From Cyanophyceae cyanobacterium (GTDB taxonomy: Bacteria > Cyanobacteriota > Cyanobacteriia > Cyanobacteriales > Laspinemataceae): a stretch of DNA of 64,000 bases. Where the stretch lies: assembly GCA_038321985.1 (NCBI GenBank), contig JBBQFN010000003.1, positions 256,001 through 320,000 of the forward strand, written 5' to 3'. Shown here piece after piece: positions 53,224-62,338 of this stretch (within the stretch, counting starts at the first letter, position 1; every line of letters starts with the position of its first letter). Both the position numbers and the translations under genes were made by a program. The notes under the pieces were generated by a model, which worked only from the letters and a program-made list of their open reading frames with translations, searched no databases and was not told where the DNA came from.

Positions 53224-54153
53224 TTAAATCCGGTAAGCTCGGGCAAATCGCTCAATGCCTGCTAAGTCTGAGAATATCTCAATTTGGCAATAATGGCCTT
53301 GGCGTTGCAGTAACTCGCTGACGGCAGGGGCCTGTCCTGCCATCATTTCTAAGAGCAAAATTCCGCCACTGCATAAATAAGTCGGTGCAGTAGCAATCAG
53401 ATGGCGGATGCAGTCTAAGCCATCGGGCCCCCCATCCAGGGCGATCGCCGGTTCGTGGTGAGCAACTTCTGGTTCTAATTCACGGATCATCGCCGTGGGG
53501 ATGTAAGGGGGGTTGGAGACAATGCCACTAAATTGTTTTAATCCCTGAAAGGGATGTAATGGCTCGAACCAGGATCCGCAATAAAACTGAATGCGATCGC
53601 CGTACCCTAGGCTTAAGGCATTCTCGCGGGCGATCGCCAGGGCCTCTTCTGAGCGGTCCACTGCATGAATTGTCGCCTTGGGCAACACTTCTGCCAAACC
53701 GAGGGCGATCGCGCCACTGCCGGTTCCTAAATCTGCCCACTCTCCCTCAGTTAAGGGAGTTTTCGGGTTCCGGCGAGCATCGGACAGGGCGGCCCTTAAG
53801 GCCAAATCGATCGCCCACTCCGTTTCCGGTCGAGGGATGAGCACCCCAGGACCAACCCCTAAAGAAAAATTTCGCCAAGGGGTAACCCCGGCGAGATATT
53901 GGACTGGCACCCGGTCTTGGAGGCGTTGCTGCCACTGTTCTGTGAGTTGTGCCAAGGAGCGGTTTAATGGAATCTGCGATCGCCCTTTGTAGGATTCCAG
54001 ACGCAGGGCTAACTTATCCAAATCGCTGACTGCTAGCAACAGCCAATCTAACTCCTCAACCGGCACATTTGCCACCGTAGCAGCAGCGCGAGCTTTCTGA
54101 CGCCACTGCCACAGCTCTAACCCAGAAACCTGCCGCTCAGATGAACAGGTCAT
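53224..54153 (-). CDS. prmC: Release factor glutamine methyltransferase
   Basis: PVQYLAG, VLIPRPETE, DLGTGSGAI, SNPPY, ALDGGPDGL. Confidence 0.96.
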   Translation of the reverse strand: MTCSSERQVSGLELWQWRQKARAAATVANVPVEELDWLLLAVSDLDKLALRLESYKGRSQIPLNRSLAQLTEQWQQRLQDRVPVQYLAGVTPWRNFSLGVGPGVLIPRPETEWAIDLALRAALSDARRNPKTPLTEGEWADLGTGSGAIALGLAEVLPKATIHAVDRSEEALAIARENALSLGYGDRIQFYCGSWFEPLHPFQGLKQFSGIVSNPPYIPTAMIRELEPEVAHHEPAIALDGGPDGLDCIRHLIATAPTYLCSGGILLLEMMAGQAPAVSELLQRQGHYCQIEIFSDLAGIERFARAYRI

Positions 54154-54236
54154 CGATAATTTGGTCCTTTATCCGCGATCGTTTCCCCTAGCATCAATCG
54201 TCCCCTGTCTTTTCGTCAAGGGTGAGAGGTTCGGGG

Positions 54237-55007
54237 TTAGGGTTGTTCCGGTTGGGGTTGCGATTGCAAATATTCCAAGGTTTCTACCGAAGGAACCAGA
54301 ACGATCTTAGTTACTGCCGGGTCGTTATTATTTTCCAATTCTTCAATGACTTTATCCAAATTGCTGACCTTAATATCAATCGTAGGAGCTAACTCCGGCT
54401 GTTGTTGCCGCACCCGATTTAACATTGATTCCAACTGCTGCCGATTGAAAAAGATCGGAATCATTTGCTGACCGTCTTGTTCGATGGTTAAATATCCCTG
54501 TTGGGGGCCAATTGTGGCATAAAAGAGCGGGATACCATTAAATAAAGGCATTCCATTAGATTCAGGGACTTCCTGACCATCCCGTTGGAGTTCCTCAGCG
54601 GCAAATTGCACCTGTTCTTGTACAGGAATGAACGCAAATTCTACGCGTTCAGGATTGCTGTTATTGGCTTGTTCTAATTCATAAACTTTCGCCAAAGAAA
54701 CCGGGACTACTTGGGTGTTTCCCGCTAAATCTGGATTTTGTTGCTGAATTTTTTGAACAAACTGTTCTGCATCCCTTTGGCTCATAAAGAAGCTGGCGAT
54801 CGAAGCCTCTTGCTCGTCATTGGTGACCGAGGCAATTAAGGGAGTCCCTTCCGCATTCGTAATCGTAAAAACTAGGACGGATTCTAGTTTTTTCATAATT
54901 TCTTGGGCGGGTAATGCTAAAGCCCGATTCATTCCAGGTAACAACGGCCCTAGAATAACGCTTCCCATTAGACCGAGAGTTGCACTCCAGCGTACTAATA
55001 ATTTCAT
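54237..55007 (-). CDS. Tic22 family periplasmic chaperone
   Basis: Signal peptide ending ALA, KL..V.VFTITN..G.PL, V.PVSLAKVY, F.GIPLF, IPIFF. Confidence 0.88.
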   Translation of the reverse strand: MKLLVRWSATLGLMGSVILGPLLPGMNRALALPAQEIMKKLESVLVFTITNAEGTPLIASVTNDEQEASIASFFMSQRDAEQFVQKIQQQNPDLAGNTQVVPVSLAKVYELEQANNSNPERVEFAFIPVQEQVQFAAEELQRDGQEVPESNGMPLFNGIPLFYATIGPQQGYLTIEQDGQQMIPIFFNRQQLESMLNRVRQQQPELAPTIDIKVSNLDKVIEELENNNDPAVTKIVLVPSVETLEYLQSQPQPEQP

Positions 55008-55788
55008 TTTGAAACCTGATAGCGATACCAGTTGATTTACTTGATCCAACACATCAAACCTCAATCGGTTTTAGGTTAATTGTCTTGAGGGATTTGGTTT
55101 TATCTTTCGCCTTTTGTGCGATAGATCGGTAAGCTTTAGATGATCAAGCTAGGGCGATCAGTTGCTTCTGGCTCAATCTACAACAGATTTTCCCCTAATT
55201 ACAGAATTCTGAGAGATCAGGGTTGTTATCTGTAGCGTTTCTAAAGGCAACCCAATTGTAGTTTCCCGGACTATGCTAAATGGGGAAGAGTTCCGTTATC
55301 AGTTCAGATAACCGCTCCCCCTTCTCCTGCGATCCTTCTTGAATATCCTGCGAGTTATAAAGCTACTATAAAATTTGCCAGTTACCCAATTATCCTAAAC
55401 GGTCGTGAATACCGGCTTGAACCCAGTGTAGCTTCTGATAAGGCTGCTTCAGCCTGCTCAATTTAGCTTTTATAATAGCAATCTATTATAGCACCGTCTT
55501 CATTATAACAATCTTTAATATAACCACTGATTCAAACCCTAGGATTTGAGGAGTAGAAGGGTTCAACGGATTTAAACTCGCTGGATTTAAACTAGCTATA
55601 GTCCTCTTGGGGATACTCATCCCGATGGTTTTGTTTTCTGATTGCTACAAAATCTCCGCAGAAAACCAGGAGGTAGACTTCTTCCTTTCTCGGACCCTTA
55701 GAGGGCCAAGAGACCACAGGTGCGACCTTCTCAGTCTCCCTAGGAAGATTTTAAGCCCTAGGAAATTGTATTCACTCACTTGATTAAA

Positions 55789-55862
55789 TCGGGATGACAG
55801 GATTTGAACCTGCGACATCCTGCTCCCAAAGCAGGCGCGCTACCAAGCTGCGCTACATCCCG
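55789..55862 (-). tRNA. tRNA-Pro (TGG)
   Basis: CGGGATGTAGCGCAGCTTGGTAGCGCGCCTGC-TTTGGGA-GCAGGATGTCGCAGGTTCAAATCCTGTCATCCCGA. Confidence 0.96.
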
Positions 55863-56511
55863 GACAGATTTTTTTTATTATAGCACCATCTTACGGAGAA
55901 AAGTCAAGGCTTTTTTTAGGAAAACATCAGAATTGGGTGACGATCGCCCCTCGTATGGGGGGTCCTATCCCTCAAACCCAGATTTGAGGGGGCTTTAAGG
56001 GCTAAGTCTAACGCCCTACAAAAACCTAGACTCAATGCAGGGTGCAGCTACAGAGACAGTGGTAGTCCTAGAATAGAGGAATTGGCTTGCCCTAATGAAC
56101 CTGAGTGATTTTTCCCCGTAATAAGAGCCAGATCTAGGGTAGACGGGTTTAGAGTTTTCAAGGTCAATAGATTTCTGGCTGGTTTGAGAATAAATCGAAG
56201 TTTTCCGACCTTGTTTATATATAATTCACGAACCCACTTTAAAAATTTAACCCCAGTTAAACTCTAGTTATTTCTTTAAAAATTAAATAAATTTAGCGGC
56301 TCAATATTTGAGTATTTTCCCTATTTTTTTTACAACCCTGCTAAATTTCTCTCAGAAACTGAGACCCTCATTACCTATTTATGGCGACCCAAAGCCAGGG
56401 GGCGCGGGCTAAACAGAAACAAGTCGTTGACAACCGAAAGGGGTATTATCCTCAATCCCTATCTATAGAGAAAAAATTAAGAACCCCGAAAGAGGACGGG
56501 TTCTGTTGACT

Positions 56512-56730
56512 TTAAACCGTTGCCGTTATGGGCTGATGAGATTGCCGTAACTCCCGAGACTCTTGCTTAACTCGACCTTTCATCGCCTCCTTTTGCAAAG
56601 CCATAAATGCCTGAAAATCTTCTAGGTCGTATTGTGTCTGCTGCAACAGCAAACGCAGGCGCTCTTCCGCTTCAACCGTCAAGTACCCGGTTACTAATGC
56701 GTGCTGTACGATTTGGCTAATAACTTTCAT
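56512..56730 (-). CDS. Small cyanobacterial hypothetical protein (probable distant copy 3)
   Basis: ISQIVQHALVTGYLTVEAEE.LR.LL..YDLEDFQAFM.LQ.EAM.GRVKQESRE. GGGGG precedes the ATG. Confidence 0.75.
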   Translation of the reverse strand: MKVISQIVQHALVTGYLTVEAEERLRLLLQQTQYDLEDFQAFMALQKEAMKGRVKQESRELRQSHQPITATV

Positions 56731-57537
56731 ATAAATGCCCCCGAATTAGATCTGTGTTTAAAAAGTAGCCTGCTGAAAATTTCAGACCCTTCTGAGTGTT
56801 TCCGGGTTTCTAAGTTTGAAGGAAGTTATCAAAATATCTATCTTTAGAAATAATTTATGGGGTTAATTACTACTCCCCTAGATATAGATTAAGGAGTTAA
56901 AGGAGCCACTTATTCTCAGAAAACCCTTGGGCGAAGGAGATAGACTCTCTAGGGTGCTTGCATCCGCACAAATGTTAGCCCTAAAACCTTTTTTGTGGCA
57001 ATGATAGAGGTTTTAATGTAGTGACGAGGATGGACAATAACTCTATTAATTTAGGTCTTTGTTGTACCCAATCAAGGGGGTTATAGGGGTTGACGGATTG
57101 ATAAAGACTTCCCTGAGTTAATTGATGATCCAGAGGGGAGAAAAATGTTCTTGACATCCAGGACATTGTATGATTAAAAATAGCCTAGGCTGAGGCAACC
57201 TAACCTAGAAATAGGCAACTCACCGCTATATTTTCGTAAACACCGGGCGATGAGTGGAAGTGGTGATAGTAAAAAATTGGAGAAACTCGCCGAAAAAGAG
57301 TGGTGCGTTTTTGGGGTGCGGTTGAGGGGGTGAAGAAGCGGTGTTACGAGGGGTTAAATCTCTGATAAAATTGGGGATCAATTAGGAAGTCTATCTAGTC
57401 GGCGCGATCGCGCTTTTGGGGAGTGTCCGGCGATCGCCAGCCCATCGGTTTGTAGGCAATCTCTGTGCGATCGCACCGTCGGCGGAACCCACTAGAGCGA
57501 GACCCTCCTAGCCTGCTAAAAATTTCGAGTTGCATAG

Positions 57538-58350
57538 ATGAAATCTTACCTAGCTGCCGCGATTCAAATGACCAGCGTGCCGGACCTTGCCAAAAACTTG
57601 GCTCAGGCAGAAGAACTGATCGATCTGGCTGTGCGCCGGGGTGCCGAGTTAATCGGGTTACCGGAGAATTTTTCGTTTTTGGGAGAAGAATCACAAAAAG
57701 TTCTTCAAGCCGAAGCGATCGCCGTTGAGAGCGAAAAATTCATCAAAACAATGGCGCAGCGATACCAGGTAACCATCCTTGGCGGCGGCTTTCCCGTACC
57801 CGTCAATGATGGGCAAGTGTACAACACCGCTATCCTGGTAGAACCGAATGGGCAGGAAGTGGCACGGTATCAAAAAGTCCATCTCTTTGACGTTAACGTT
57901 CCGGATGGGAACACCTACCAAGAATCCAGTACGGTCAAAGCTGGGGACGTCCTCCCTCCGATCTACCAGTCGGAGAAACTTGGCATTCTGGGGCTATCTG
58001 TCTGCTATGACGTGCGGTTTCCAGAACTGTATCGACATCTCTCCTACAAAGGGGCCGAAGTTTTATTTATCCCCGCTGCCTTTACAGCCTACACCGGCAA
58101 AGATCATTGGCAGATCTTGCTACAAGCGCGGGCGATTGAAAATACCTGTTATGCGATCGCCCCAGCACAGACCGGGCGACACTACGGCATGAGACATTCC
58201 CACGGCCACGCCCTAATTATCGACCCCTGGGGTGCAATTTTAGCTGATGCCGGAGACCAACCCGGAGTGGCGATCGCCGAAATCAGCCCCTCGCGCCTCG
58301 AACAAGTCCGTCGCCAAATGCCCTCCTTGCAACACCGGGTTTTTGTTTAA
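57538..58350 (+). CDS. Carbon-nitrogen hydrolase (Nit1-like, deaminated glutathione amidase)
   Basis: LPENF, YQKVHLFD, SVCYDVRFPE, AAFT..TG..HW, ARAIEN. Confidence 0.92.
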   Translation: MKSYLAAAIQMTSVPDLAKNLAQAEELIDLAVRRGAELIGLPENFSFLGEESQKVLQAEAIAVESEKFIKTMAQRYQVTILGGGFPVPVNDGQVYNTAILVEPNGQEVARYQKVHLFDVNVPDGNTYQESSTVKAGDVLPPIYQSEKLGILGLSVCYDVRFPELYRHLSYKGAEVLFIPAAFTAYTGKDHWQILLQARAIENTCYAIAPAQTGRHYGMRHSHGHALIIDPWGAILADAGDQPGVAIAEISPSRLEQVRRQMPSLQHRVFV

Positions 58351-58542
58351 CTCAAAAAGATTCTCCCGTTGACCCCTAACCCCAGTCACGGGAGCATTTT
58401 TGGCGATTTTACCGCTCCTGTATGACCTGAAACCCGTTCGGGAATTATAGCAACCATAAGATATTTTGCGATCGTCCTCGCTCCTTATGGGAAGACAATA
58501 AACAAAACAGGTACATTAGACAGGACGCATTCTGCAAAATAA

Positions 58543-59982
58543 ATGGCAGAGACTTTTATATTGGTGAATTCCCTTACCTCAACTCTTTTTTCTTCCTTTC
58601 TTGACAAAACTCTACCCCTGCTGGCAACAGCAGGAACCGAAGTGGCCCCAGCCGCTCACTCGGTGAAAGTAGACGAAGCAATCGTCGTAGCGGGAGTGCT
58701 ACTAAGTTTAGTCGTGATTTACCTCGCCAGCAAAATAGGGGGCGAGATTTGTTCAAGGATTAACCTGCCTCCGGTTTTAGGTGACCTCGTAGGTGGTGTC
58801 ATCGTTGGGGTTTCTGTCCTCAAGCTGATTGTTTTCCCTGAAGGCGGTGAAGATGGCAGTAGTTCAGCGATTATGAGCTTTCTGCAAAGCACCACCAGTT
58901 TAGAGCCAGAGGCCCTCGTTGCCACCTTTGCCGCCCAGAGTGAAGTGATTGCAATTCTGGCAGAACTCGGGGTGATTATTTTGCTGTTTGAAATTGGCCT
59001 AGAATCAGAACTCAAAGAACTGATTAAATACGGACCCCAAGCAGCAATCGTGGCCGTCGTTGGGGTTGTCTTACCTTTTGGGGCGGGGACCCTAGGCTTA
59101 ATTAGCCTATTTCATGTTGCCACCATCCCGGCCATTTTTGCAGGGGCGGCCCTGACTGCGACCAGTATTGGCATCACCGCCAAGGTTCTAGCAGAAATTG
59201 GCCGTCTAAGCGACAAAGAAGGCCAGATTATTATTGGCGCAGCGGTACTCGATGATATCCTCGGGATTATCGTCTTGGCTGTAGTTGCCAGTTTGGTCAA
59301 AACTGGTGAAGTCGAAATCACCAATATTGCCTATCTGATTGTGAGTGCAGGCGCTTTCCTCGTGGGCGTGATTCTCCTGGGTCGCTTTCTGAGCCCCTAT
59401 TATGTGGCCTTTGTGAAAGAACTCAAAACCCGTGGACCCTTGCTGATTACAGCCCTAATTATTGCCTTTGTCCTCTCCTACGTCGGCGCAGCGATTCGAT
59501 TAGAAGCCATTCTCGGTGCATTTGCGGCCGGGTTAGTCCTGGGGGAAACGGAAAAACAGCAGGAACTTGAAGAACAGGTGGTTCCCCTGGCGGATTTCTT
59601 TGTCCCGATTTTCTTCGTGGTAGTCGGTGCCAAAACCAATCTTGGGGTTCTTAATCCTGCGGTTCCCAGCAATCGGGAAGGGCTGATTATTGCAGCCTTT
59701 CTAATTGTGGTGGCGATTGTGGGTAAGGTGATTGCGGGTTTTGCCGTTTTTGGTCAACCGGGCATCAACCGACTGGCGATCGGCATCGGCATGATTCCCC
59801 GAGGAGAAGTGGGATTAGTCTTTGCAGGGGTTGGAGTCGCCAGTGGCGCACTTTCTCCGTCCCTAGAAGCAGCGATTATTATGATGGTGATTCTGACAAC
59901 TTTTGTAGCACCCCCGTTGTTACGAATTGTGTTTAAAGATCCATCGTCCGAAACTGAAAGTGCGGGATCTACTCCTAAGTGA
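58543..59982 (+). CDS. Na+/H+ antiporter (CPA2 family, NhaS3-like)
   Basis: LLFEIGLE, ALTATSIGIT, AAVLDD, GMIPRGEVGL. Confidence 0.92.
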   Translation: MAETFILVNSLTSTLFSSFLDKTLPLLATAGTEVAPAAHSVKVDEAIVVAGVLLSLVVIYLASKIGGEICSRINLPPVLGDLVGGVIVGVSVLKLIVFPEGGEDGSSSAIMSFLQSTTSLEPEALVATFAAQSEVIAILAELGVIILLFEIGLESELKELIKYGPQAAIVAVVGVVLPFGAGTLGLISLFHVATIPAIFAGAALTATSIGITAKVLAEIGRLSDKEGQIIIGAAVLDDILGIIVLAVVASLVKTGEVEITNIAYLIVSAGAFLVGVILLGRFLSPYYVAFVKELKTRGPLLITALIIAFVLSYVGAAIRLEAILGAFAAGLVLGETEKQQELEEQVVPLADFFVPIFFVVVGAKTNLGVLNPAVPSNREGLIIAAFLIVVAIVGKVIAGFAVFGQPGINRLAIGIGMIPRGEVGLVFAGVGVASGALSPSLEAAIIMMVILTTFVAPPLLRIVFKDPSSETESAGSTPK

Positions 59983-60014
59983 TCTAGCAATTTTCAACCC
60001 GAATCGAGATTTTC

Positions 60015-60069
60015 GGGTGCGTCAGATGTGAAAGGTTACCTACTGTAATTTAGATATTCTGACGCACCC
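60015..60069. repeat. REP-like inverted repeat related to 35575-35615
   Basis: GGGTGCGTCAGA (60015-60026) pairs with TCTGACGCACCC (60058-60069). Confidence 0.75.
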
Positions 60070-60277
60070 TATCCACCCATTTTAAAGGGTCAGAATTAAT
60101 TTTAAAGGCGTTATATCATTATTTTTTAGACCAACTTGTTGTAGAAAATTATCATGGCACCGATATTGTGGCAATGCCAACAAGAAAGGGATATAGCATG
60201 GCTATACCCCTGGAGTGCAAGCATCTCGCTCGCTAGTTTGAAATTCGTTCTATTTTAGAATTCCCCAAGGGGAAGGA

Positions 60278-60664
60278 TTAGCCCACTTTTACTTCATTGG
60301 TCTTGACATCCTTAGCGCCATAAACCCCACGAGCAATTCCAACGACTCGATCTAAATCGGCTTGGGAAGGAATTTCTCCTTTGAATACTACGGTACTGCC
60401 AGTTTGGGCGATCCAGAGCCGGTCAAAATCCGTGGTACTGGGATTTTCATCTATGGCGAGGGCAACACGCTTGGCAAGCCCGCTATCGTCATGTTCCCCA
60501 TGTAATCCCAATCGTTCTGGCGGAATGTCCGGCTGTTGGGGTGCGGCAGGAACGGAATAGCTCTGTGCAGGGCCAGAAGGATTTGAGGCTGGGGGCGCTT
60601 GAACCGTTGTCTCTTTAGATTTGTCCGGTTTTCCGATGTTGAATAATTTTTGTAACAAACCCAT
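60278..60664 (-). CDS. BON-domain-like protein
   Basis: MGLLQKLF amphipathic N-terminus, SGLAKRVALA, AQTGSTVVFKG, ARGVYGAKDV. Confidence 0.75.
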   Translation of the reverse strand: MGLLQKLFNIGKPDKSKETTVQAPPASNPSGPAQSYSVPAAPQQPDIPPERLGLHGEHDDSGLAKRVALAIDENPSTTDFDRLWIAQTGSTVVFKGEIPSQADLDRVVGIARGVYGAKDVKTNEVKVG

Positions 60665-61174
60665 TTGTCATTGACTCCTAAATTTTCAAGGGTTTCCAAA
60701 TTTTATGCGAAGTTCAGAGTGGTTCTATTCCATCTCTAGGAAGATTTCTCGGCAAACTGCCAGAAATCCTTGTTCGCGCCTATACTATCTTTTGATAGTC
60801 GCCATCATTGTAGCTCTATTGAATACCCAGCACCCGACCCGAGACAGCAAGGGTGGGGAATCAGGCCCTAGAATGGGGCGAGTGAGGCATTTTTCTGGGG
60901 AGACGCTGGGGATCCGGACAACTGGCGGAGGGCGAGCGCCTTTTACCGGGAATCAGGAGAATAGCTTCGGGGTAAGCATGAGCTGTGGGACCCTTGACCT
61001 GCTTTGGGGTTGGAGTCCAGGATGGGGGTTATCTGAGAAACAGGGAATTACCCGAATTGAGAATTTTGTTAAAAACCTGGGGTGACCCCGGCAGGTCAGG
61101 ATAAAATTAGCTGGCATAGACTTAATGAAATACAAAAATAGTAGCGATCGCCCTGGTTGGGTCGCTTTTGTCCT

Positions 61175-61705
61175 ATGAAACATACTCTTTCTGTTTTGGT
61201 GGAAGATGAAGCCGGTGTTTTGAGCCGGATCGCCGGACTATTTGCTCGTCGCGGGTTCAATATTGAAAGTCTGGCGGTGGGTCCAGCGGAACAATTAGGC
61301 ATTTCTCGGATTACGATGGTTGTACCCGGGGACGATCGCGTGATTGAACAGTTAACGAAACAACTGTATAAGCTGATTAACGTGATCAAGGTGCAGGATA
61401 TTACTGAGACTCCCTGCGTCGAACGGGAGTTAATGCTGCTTAAGGTAAATGCAAATAGCAATAACCGCCCAGAAATTGTGGAACTGGCTCAGATTTTCCG
61501 GGCGCGGGTGGTAGATGTGGCGGAAGATTCGCTGATTATTGAAGTGGTCGGGGATCCGGGTAAAATGGTAGCGATCGTCCAGGTCCTCGCCAAGTTTGGC
61601 ATCCGAGAAATTGCCCGCACAGGTAAAATAGCCCTCACTCGCGAATCCGGGGTGAATACGGAGTTTCTCAAGTCATTGGAAGCGAAAATGTTTCCCATTT
61701 CTTAG
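61175..61705 (+). CDS. ilvN: Acetolactate synthase small subunit
   Basis: [41 protein letters not shown]. Confidence 0.96.
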   Translation: MKHTLSVLVEDEAGVLSRIAGLFARRGFNIESLAVGPAEQLGISRITMVVPGDDRVIEQLTKQLYKLINVIKVQDITETPCVERELMLLKVNANSNNRPEIVELAQIFRARVVDVAEDSLIIEVVGDPGKMVAIVQVLAKFGIREIARTGKIALTRESGVNTEFLKSLEAKMFPIS

Positions 61706-61893
61706 CTCTGGTGTAGGCAATTCATCAGATTCCGATGAAAAAATTAGTGGGTTGATCGAACCTTGCCTATTGCACTGATTTCGATAACCCACTTTTGGGG
61801 CGATCGCTTTTTTTATTTCAAGGCGATCGCTAAATTTTTTTTCCTAAATCAACTCAAAAAATCGGGTAACACCTCAAAGGTTTGACGCTGAAT

Positions 61894-62114
61894 CATTCCG
61901 ACTCCAGAAACGGTTGCAACGGATTGCGCCTTATGCTGCCTGTTGTTGTTCTTGCTTCACAACCATCCATTTCCCCGTGTCGGGGTCGCGATAGGTCATA
62001 AATGGATTTTGTCGGAGTGGCTTGGTCTGGGTTGCCATTGCAAAAACCTCCCTCAGTTGGTTCTATATTTATATTATTCTGGAAGCAAGGAGAGGAAGGT
62101 GATAAGACCAAGGC
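61894..62114 (+). ncRNA. Candidate structured ncRNA(s) upstream of the vWA/Ro60-like gene
   Basis: Four or more 8-10-bp complementary pairs in 220 bp (detailed in findings) and no credible ORF. Confidence 0.5.
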
Positions 62115-62210
62115 TAAGATATGATTGCGATCGCATCTTTCCGGTACGCTAGACACTGACAGTTGTCCCTAAATGGGTATTTACTCCGGATGACGACTCT
62201 CTATTAATCA

Positions 62211-62219
62211 TGTTAATCT
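62211..62219 (+). promoter_or_regulatory. Extended -10 element (TGnTAATCT)
   Basis: TG-T-TAATCT ends 7 nt before the 5' arm of the 62227-62312 hairpin. Confidence 0.45.
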
Positions 62220-62226
62220 CAAACAA

Positions 62227-62318
62227 GCTAACAGGCGGGACTTTGGTGCGACTTCCGGAAATAACCTGTAAAGTTAGACTCTACAAGTCGTGCCGTGACT
62301 CCCCTTGTTAGCCCTTTT
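62227..62318 (+). ncRNA. Candidate Y-RNA-like small RNA with an anticodon-like stem-loop
   Basis: GCTAACAGG-C-GGGA pairs with TCCCCTTGTTAGC; GGTGCGACTT pairs with AAGTCGTGCC; internal TAAC-CTGTAAA-GTTA; 3' CCTTTT. Confidence 0.6.
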
Positions 62319-62338
62319 CTAACTAGGACTGCTTTAAC

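Noticed and set aside
52677..53321. 214-aa ORF antisense to tsaC, and similar shadow ORFs throughout the track
   Set aside because: They overlap well-supported genes on another frame or strand and lack protein-like motifs.
46030..55007. Tic20 and Tic22 as a linked import-like system
   Set aside because: They are ~8 kb apart, on opposite strands and separated by unrelated housekeeping genes. Both are common in cyanobacteria.
61893..62156. Short ORFs 61893-62156(-) and 61943-62152(+)
   Set aside because: No recognisable motifs. The region is better explained by RNA structure.
62227..62312. A true tRNA-Tyr gene
   Set aside because: It has an anticodon-like loop but no D arm, no GTTCRA T-loop and no 7-bp acceptor stem. 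Treated as a tRNA-mimic candidate instead.
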